Shown here: positions 58,175 to 64,000 of the stretch, piece by piece | Layout: each line of letters starts with the position of its first letter | Position numbering within the stretch: the first letter of the stretch is position 1 | Notes under the pieces: generated by a model | Databases searched by the model: none | The model's input: only the letters and a program-made list of their open reading frames with translations | What the model was told of the DNA's origin: nothing | Made by a program: the position numbers and the translations under genes | NCBI GenBank assembly: GCA_027491735.1 | Contig: JAOZGP010000004.1 | Location: 19,523-83,522 of the forward strand | Direction: 5' to 3' | Length of the DNA stretch: 64,000 bases | DNA from: Thermoproteota archaeon | GTDB taxonomy: Archaea > Korarchaeota > Korarchaeia > Korarchaeales > Korarchaeaceae

Positions 58175-60096
58175 GTCTGACCGTTAGAGCCATAGACCTT
58201 AGCTCCTGCGACCTCCTCCATCAGGGGTATGTAGGAGACGCCTGGGTTGATCCCTATGGATGTGTCGTAGATGTTCAACTCTATCCTCTTTCTCCTGATG
58301 AGCTCTCCCAGCCTTGTTATCTCCTCCTTCACGCTCCTGCCAAAGAGTGGGACATTGGCCCTTCCGTCGGTTATGAGAAAGGCTCTGACCTTCAGCGATT
58401 CGTTCTTCATCCTCTCCTTATCAGCCATAATAAGGAGATTATGAAGTCCCGAGCTCAGCGGAGTTCTTCCTCCAGTGGGCACCTTCTCTATCTCCTCAAG
58501 AACCTTCACATAGTTCCTAGTTGGTGGAACGACCACCTCAGCACTGTTCCCCCTTATGACCACCAAGGCCATCTTTGATCTCTTCACGTAACCCTTCTCT
58601 ATGAGCCTCCCTGCTATTCCCTTAGCTATGCTTATCCTCCTCCTTATCGCCATGCTGCCACTCGAATCGAGGAGAAGAATCCACAGAGTGGGAGGTCTTG
58701 CCCTTCTAACTCTGATTCTCACGTCGTCTGGGCCGATTCTCAGAGGAGGTCTCTTTCCGTTGAGCACCGACCACACAGCGGAGTTGTACAGGTCGACATC
58801 CCTTATCTCTCCCTGAGGAGGAATGTAGGCCACTGGGATTCCCCTAGGAAAATTCATCACAGTCACGCTAGCGTCTCTGGAGGAGTGGTAGCTTGGAGGT
58901 CTGTCCTCCTCCCGATTCATGTTACAGAGCTTGAGCTCATCAATTTCCTCTGGATCAAACTTCAGCATCAGATTTCCTGTGTTCTCAGGAGGCTCATCCC
59001 TTCTGTCGTCCCCTTTCCACTCTCTACCTTGATTGTTGTTCCCCCTCCGACCGTGATCATTGGAACTGTGAGGATGCTGTCTCAACCTTGGAGGGGATTC
59101 CAAAGGCCTCTGGAGGGGCTTCTCCCTGAGTCTATGTGGGAGAGAGAGTTCCATAGCCCTCTCAAGATCCTCCAAGCTGACCATCCTTCTGCCGTCCAGA
59201 GCTGCTATAGCTTTGGCTGTCTTGACAGTGACTATCTCGGCCCTGTTGGTTCTTACACCTAGCTCTATTATCGTGTCGGCTAACAGCTTCAGAAGATCCT
59301 CGCTCACCTCGACTTTGGAAAGCATCTCCCTCGCCTCAGCTATCTTCTCTGTGAGCATCTCCTCCTCTCTTCTATACCTCTCATAAAAGGTTAGAGGATC
59401 CCTGTGAAATTCCTCCACCCTCTTAACTATCTCGATTCTATCATCAGGATTCATAGGGACTGATATCTCGACGCATAGCCCGAACCTGTCCGATATCTGT
59501 GGTCTAAGCTCCCCCTCCTCGGGATTCATGCTTCCCACAAGTATAAAGCGGGAGGGATGCCTAAAGGATATTCCCTCTCTTTCTATTATGTTCCATCCCA
59601 TCGCGGCGGCGTCTAGAAGAGAGTCAGCTATGTAATCGTCCAGTAGATTGACCTCGTCTATATAAAGCACGCCCCTGTTGGCCTCGGCTAATATGCCGGG
59701 CTGAAGGGCCTTGATCCCCTCCTTCATGAACCTCTCCACATCTATGGTCCCAACTAGCCTGTCTATCGTGGTGCTCAGAGGCATGTCAACGAGCCTCATT
59801 CTCCTCCTGGTTGTGGGAAGCTCCTCTCCTCTGCTGTATCTTTCGTAACACTTGTCACACATCTCAACCGGATTTCTCGGGTTGCAGTTGAAGGGACATC
59901 CATCAACGATCTCTATCTCCGGGAGCACGTTTGCCAGAGCCCTCACCAACGTGGATTTACCAGTTCCCTTGTCCCCCTTGAGGAGAACACCTCCTATCAT
60001 CGGATCGATGGCTACACAGAGGAGAGCCAGCTTGGCCTTATCCTGCCCGACGACGGCTGAGAACGGGAATATCAGGTGCTTACCTCTGGAACCCAC
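58162..60096 (-). CDS. ChlI/ChlD-type chelatase AAA+ ATPase with C-terminal VWA domain
   Basis: [37 protein letters not shown] and [13 protein letters not shown] motifs. Confidence 0.93.
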   Translation of the reverse strand: MGSRGKHLIFPFSAVVGQDKAKLALLCVAIDPMIGGVLLKGDKGTGKSTLVRALANVLPEIEIVDGCPFNCNPRNPVEMCDKCYERYSRGEELPTTRRRMRLVDMPLSTTIDRLVGTIDVERFMKEGIKALQPGILAEANRGVLYIDEVNLLDDYIADSLLDAAAMGWNIIEREGISFRHPSRFILVGSMNPEEGELRPQISDRFGLCVEISVPMNPDDRIEIVKRVEEFHRDPLTFYERYRREEEMLTEKIAEAREMLSKVEVSEDLLKLLADTIIELGVRTNRAEIVTVKTAKAIAALDGRRMVSLEDLERAMELSLPHRLREKPLQRPLESPPRLRQHPHSSNDHGRRGNNNQGREWKGDDRRDEPPENTGNLMLKFDPEEIDELKLCNMNREEDRPPSYHSSRDASVTVMNFPRGIPVAYIPPQGEIRDVDLYNSAVWSVLNGKRPPLRIGPDDVRIRVRRARPPTLWILLLDSSGSMAIRRRISIAKGIAGRLIEKGYVKRSKMALVVIRGNSAEVVVPPTRNYVKVLEEIEKVPTGGRTPLSSGLHNLLIMADKERMKNESLKVRAFLITDGRANVPLFGRSVKEEITRLGELIRRKRIELNIYDTSIGINPGVSYIPLMEEVAGAKVYGSNGQTWSA

Positions 60097-60108
60097 GAGA
60101 CCACCCTC

Positions 60109-63100
60109 CTATGCCGACACCACTTGCTCTTTTCCTTCCTTCTTGAGAGACTTCCACATCATTTCGACCTCTTCAATCCGCTCTTTCCAGTGATCATCAT
60201 CTTCGGATGTGTAGATCTCTATCATTCCTCCTTGGACGTCTCCTTGACCGAGTTCTTCCTCTAAGATGCCCTCCAACTCAGAGTACATCTCCCTCAACTT
60301 TTCTATGAGTTCATCGCTCGTCTTCCACAGGCCGCGCTCATAGGCCTCTATCAGCCTCCTCACAATCTCCTCCAAGGCGTAGGGATTATGCTTCTCGAAC
60401 CATCTCCTCATCTCATCATTAAGTGCGTACTTCTCGGCTATCTCATCGAACACCCAGTCCTCGACAAGTTTTGTCGTTGCCTCCCACCCATAGAGGTGGA
60501 GGATTTTCTTCGAGAACTCGCTGGCCCCTCTGTAGCCATGCTTTCTCATCTCATCTATCCATCTGTCGTTAAGGAGCTTCGTCCTGACAACCCTTTCTAT
60601 CTCGTCTCTCACATTCACCACCTTGGTGTCCGTTACGTCCCTAGTGTCCACCTGAACTATGTCGACGCTCTTTCCGGTAAGCGCGTCCACGGCCGCCTTG
60701 AATCCACCGTGATATGCGAAGTAACAACAACAGTTCGTTAAGTCGTGCTCATCGCTCATGTGATTCCTGTTTATCACGTCCACCTCCCTGAGACCTAGAG
60801 TTAGAGAGTCGTGTGCCTTCACCCCGAAAGCCTCCCTGCTGTAGGCATAACCACTCCAGTGAACCCAGACCTTTCCGAGATCATCGCCGCCCCTCCATCC
60901 GGAGGACTCCACAGCTAGATTGACCCCAGAACCATAGGAACCCGGAGGAGAGCTGAAAACTCTGAATCTAGCAAACTTTCTCGCCTCATCTAAGCTTCTT
61001 CCAAGCTCAACAAGTTCTCTTATGTGTTCTATGTAGTGCTTCCTGATGTAGTTCATCTCAGGAGGCTCATCTCTTGTAACGACCTTCTCAACGGCTTCAT
61101 CTATCAGATAGATGTAGTTGGGAAGGGTGTCCCTAACTATCCCACTCATCCTCACCAGAACGTCTATTCTTGGCCTTTTAAGCTCCTCGATTGGTATGAT
61201 CTCCACCCCAACCACGAAATCGTCTTTCCAGACGGGCCTAACACCCAAAAGGTATAGTATCTGAGCCACCTGCTCGCCATCGGCTTTGTAGCCATCTATG
61301 CTCCAGAGAACCTGACCTACGCTCTCAGGATACTTTCCGTGCTTCTTCACATAATTCTCTAGGAGCTTCTCCGCCGTCTCAACTCCCACCTGCCAGGCTG
61401 CCTGAGTTGGTATAGTTCTGGGATCGACTGCGTAGAAGTTCCTGCCGGTCGGGAGGATGTCGAACTTGCCTCTAGTTATGGCTCCCGACTGACCGGGCTC
61501 CACGTAAGTTCCTGAGATGCCTGATAACATACCTGATGTCTCTTTTTTGCACTCCGTTATCTTTTTAGCAACTTCAGCAGCCTTATTAAGGATCTTTATG
61601 ATCTTTTCCAGGTCTTTAAGCTTAGTTCCAAGCCTGTCTTCCACCCTCTCGAGAGCATCCTGGGACACGACAAAGCCCCTGCTGATGACCTCCTCTAAAG
61701 CCATGACTGCCGCCTCGTGAGCTGCACGAAGCATCTCTCTGTTCGACACATCCCCGATCATCCCCGTTGGATTCCTCCTAAGCTCATTGTAGTCCAAACC
61801 AACGGCCTCCAAGATGGCCCTCCTGATTGATGGAGATGAGTAGGAGTCGTACTCCATGACTGTGGCCACGTACTCAGCAAGCTTGTGGGGATCCTCGGGT
61901 GGATGACCGAGGACATGGAGGCCCATGTTTATCTGGGACCCCCTTATAAGGTCCGTGAATCTGTGGATCTCCTCTACCGTCCTCTCCTCGTTCTTGGGAT
62001 CTGTGATCCTGATCCTGTTCCTCTCAGCACACTTCAAGATCTGCTTGTATATCTTCCTCCTCCTAATTTCATCTCCCAGGCTCTTTGCCTTGAAGTACTG
62101 ATTTAGAAGGGAATTTACGTCATCGAGCACATTGGCCATGGCCATTGGTGGATATATGTGATCTATGAGGGCCGCATACCCTCTCCTCTTGGCTATCACC
62201 CCCTCCATGGGGTTCGACACGATGTAGACGTATAGATGGGGAACATCGTCTATTGAGGCCTGAGGCACACATGAGGGAGAGAGCCCAACCCCCTTGCCGG
62301 GTCTGAACTCCAGATAACCATGAGTGCCGAAGTGGATTACCACATCGGCCTTGAACTTCCTCGTGATCCACCTGTAAACGGCCCACCACTGATGTGGAGG
62401 GACTATTGTGGGATCGTGAAGAATCCTACACACCTTTCCATCACACCTAGCCCCAGCACAACCGAACTTGGGCTGTGGTGTTATGAGCACGTTCCCGAAT
62501 ATCACTCCAGGCACCACGAACCTTCCGTTGTGAACCATCCCCGCCAGAACCTTGTCCACCCTTCCGGTCAACACCTCCTCCGGACTCCCCCAGCCCTCAA
62601 CAATCTTCCTCCTCAGGTCCGGTGGAAGCTCTTGGAACCAACTCATGTATTCTTCAAAACCGACGAAGTCGACTGCACCTCCCCTGCTCACTATATCCTC
62701 GACGCTAGTCCATCTGAACTCGCTCAGTGCCTTTCTCTCTAAGATCAGCTTCACCAATTCCTCCCCAGTCTCTGGGAGATCATCCCCAAGGAAGTAGCCC
62801 TCATCTCTCAACCTATGAAGCAACCTTACGACACTTTCAGGAACGTCAAGGCCCATCCCAACAGCTACGTTGGCCTCAAGACCCTTACATGGTGGATTTA
62901 TCAGTACCACCGCTATCTTGACCTCTCCCCTCGGCTTTTTCCTCAGCTCAACCCATCTCCTTATCCTTCCAGCTATGTATCTCGCCTGTCCCTCGTGGAT
63001 TTGGGATGTCTGATAGCCATCCTCGTTCCTCGTCCCTGAGAAGAAAATCGGCTCCACGGCCCCGATTATCTCAGGGATTATGACTCCGTAGACCTGAGTC

Positions 63101-63921
63101 ATGTAGTCGACTCCCTGCTCGCTCCTCTCCCAGTTCTCCAAGGACTGATAATAGGATCTCACTGGAGAGAAAACAGGGACTTTTAACTCTGAAAGCCTCT
63201 TCAGATCCGCTGTCCCAAAGGAGATCAGAGAGACCAGAGCTTCTATGGTTGGTACACCGTCCTTAAGGAAGAACTCAAGCGCTTCGTCCTTTTCCACTCC
63301 TAGACCAGTAGTGGGGTCCTTCCTGTAAGTGAAAACTGGAACTACTCCAAGTCCCTCGTCCTCCAAGGCCTTTATGAGCCTGTTTATATGGCCGAAGTCC
63401 TTGTACAACCAAAAGCTTCTCCAGAAAAGCAACCCCACAAGTGGTTTTCTAGTGTAGACCTTGAGGTAATCATCCAAGCTCTCGAAGAGGCCGAACTCCG
63501 GGTGGTATATCCCCTGCATTGGAAGCTCCTCCGGCTCCTCGTAGCTGACGTTCTTCCCCGCTAGATTGGCGAGATATCTTACCAAGTTTCTAAGATTTTT
63601 TTCCCCTCCAAGGATGTAATAAGACTTGGCTTTGGTTAGGACTTCCAGAGAAACGTTGTTAAGCTCCTCCAACCCTCCCGAGGCTACAACCTGGGACCCG
63701 CTCGATGACCTGAGCAGATCTGAAACAGCTGCCGGTATCTCGTGTGCATATAAAAAGATCACCTTAGCCCTCCCCACAGATTCCAATTCTCTTTCACAAC
63801 TCTGATCCGTGAGAACAACTCCTTCTATCTCTTCCTCGCTTAAGATCTTGTCAAGGAGAGGTTTTGCCTTGGCTCCATAGCCCAAGATGAGGCATACGCC
63901 TTCCTTTTTTGATACCTCCAT
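60109..63921 (-). CDS. cobN: CobN/ChlH-family chelatase large subunit
   Basis: HFGTHGYLEF.PGK, LPTGRNFY, RPRIDV, SGIVRD, PPGSYG and GYRGA motifs. Confidence 0.93.
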   Translation of the reverse strand: MEVSKKEGVCLILGYGAKAKPLLDKILSEEEIEGVVLTDQSCERELESVGRAKVIFLYAHEIPAAVSDLLRSSSGSQVVASGGLEELNNVSLEVLTKAKSYYILGGEKNLRNLVRYLANLAGKNVSYEEPEELPMQGIYHPEFGLFESLDDYLKVYTRKPLVGLLFWRSFWLYKDFGHINRLIKALEDEGLGVVPVFTYRKDPTTGLGVEKDEALEFFLKDGVPTIEALVSLISFGTADLKRLSELKVPVFSPVRSYYQSLENWERSEQGVDYMTQVYGVIIPEIIGAVEPIFFSGTRNEDGYQTSQIHEGQARYIAGRIRRWVELRKKPRGEVKIAVVLINPPCKGLEANVAVGMGLDVPESVVRLLHRLRDEGYFLGDDLPETGEELVKLILERKALSEFRWTSVEDIVSRGGAVDFVGFEEYMSWFQELPPDLRRKIVEGWGSPEEVLTGRVDKVLAGMVHNGRFVVPGVIFGNVLITPQPKFGCAGARCDGKVCRILHDPTIVPPHQWWAVYRWITRKFKADVVIHFGTHGYLEFRPGKGVGLSPSCVPQASIDDVPHLYVYIVSNPMEGVIAKRRGYAALIDHIYPPMAMANVLDDVNSLLNQYFKAKSLGDEIRRRKIYKQILKCAERNRIRITDPKNEERTVEEIHRFTDLIRGSQINMGLHVLGHPPEDPHKLAEYVATVMEYDSYSSPSIRRAILEAVGLDYNELRRNPTGMIGDVSNREMLRAAHEAAVMALEEVISRGFVVSQDALERVEDRLGTKLKDLEKIIKILNKAAEVAKKITECKKETSGMLSGISGTYVEPGQSGAITRGKFDILPTGRNFYAVDPRTIPTQAAWQVGVETAEKLLENYVKKHGKYPESVGQVLWSIDGYKADGEQVAQILYLLGVRPVWKDDFVVGVEIIPIEELKRPRIDVLVRMSGIVRDTLPNYIYLIDEAVEKVVTRDEPPEMNYIRKHYIEHIRELVELGRSLDEARKFARFRVFSSPPGSYGSGVNLAVESSGWRGGDDLGKVWVHWSGYAYSREAFGVKAHDSLTLGLREVDVINRNHMSDEHDLTNCCCYFAYHGGFKAAVDALTGKSVDIVQVDTRDVTDTKVVNVRDEIERVVRTKLLNDRWIDEMRKHGYRGASEFSKKILHLYGWEATTKLVEDWVFDEIAEKYALNDEMRRWFEKHNPYALEEIVRRLIEAYERGLWKTSDELIEKLREMYSELEGILEEELGQGDVQGGMIEIYTSEDDDHWKERIEEVEMMWKSLKKEGKEQVVSA

Positions 63922-64000
63922 CAGATAGATAACACTTGGGTAATTAGATTTAAGCTTATTTTGTGATGAACGAACATCAGATGTTGTTCAGCACCCAAAA

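Noticed and set aside
889-63039. Numerous 60-195 aa antisense and alternate-frame ORFs in the ORF track
   Set aside because: They are shadows of well-supported genes, Ser/Pro/Leu-rich as expected from antisense codon bias, and carry no motifs.
1-64000. CRISPR array, tRNA or rRNA genes
   Set aside because: No regularly spaced 24-40 bp repeats, cloverleaf/T-loop signatures or rRNA-like GC-rich tracts were seen in the intergenic regions.

Overview
64-kb window from a thermophilic, probably anaerobic archaeon. The basis is AGG/AGA/ATA codon bias, GGAGGTGA-type ribosome sites, many TTG/GTG starts, a GPN-loop GTPase, a GDGT ring synthase homolog and archaeal HisRS/TrpRS. A TACK or Korarchaeia-like origin is only a guess. 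Contents in order: an ABC exporter with a COG1361 protein; a divergent 12-gene type IV pilus/Tad-like cluster with two 1-nt frameshifts; housekeeping genes (hisS, B3/4 protein, split lipoate ligase, MFS, PAPS-reductase family, adenine deaminase, trpS); radical SAM genes probably modifying tetraether lipids (Gms/Gmm-like pair, Grs operon); a CorQR-type regulated cooF-cooS-cooC operon that continues directly into hdrA-mvhD(fused)-hdrC-hdrB; a CstA locus with two ArsA/Get3 ATPases, two small paralogous partners, a possible CCDC47-like protein and a catalytically altered IS607 TnpA-like protein; a decayed TnpB element with an intact right end/omega-RNA; and cobN-chlI/D. No rRNA, tRNA or CRISPR array was seen. 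All family calls come from motif recognition by eye, not from database searches.
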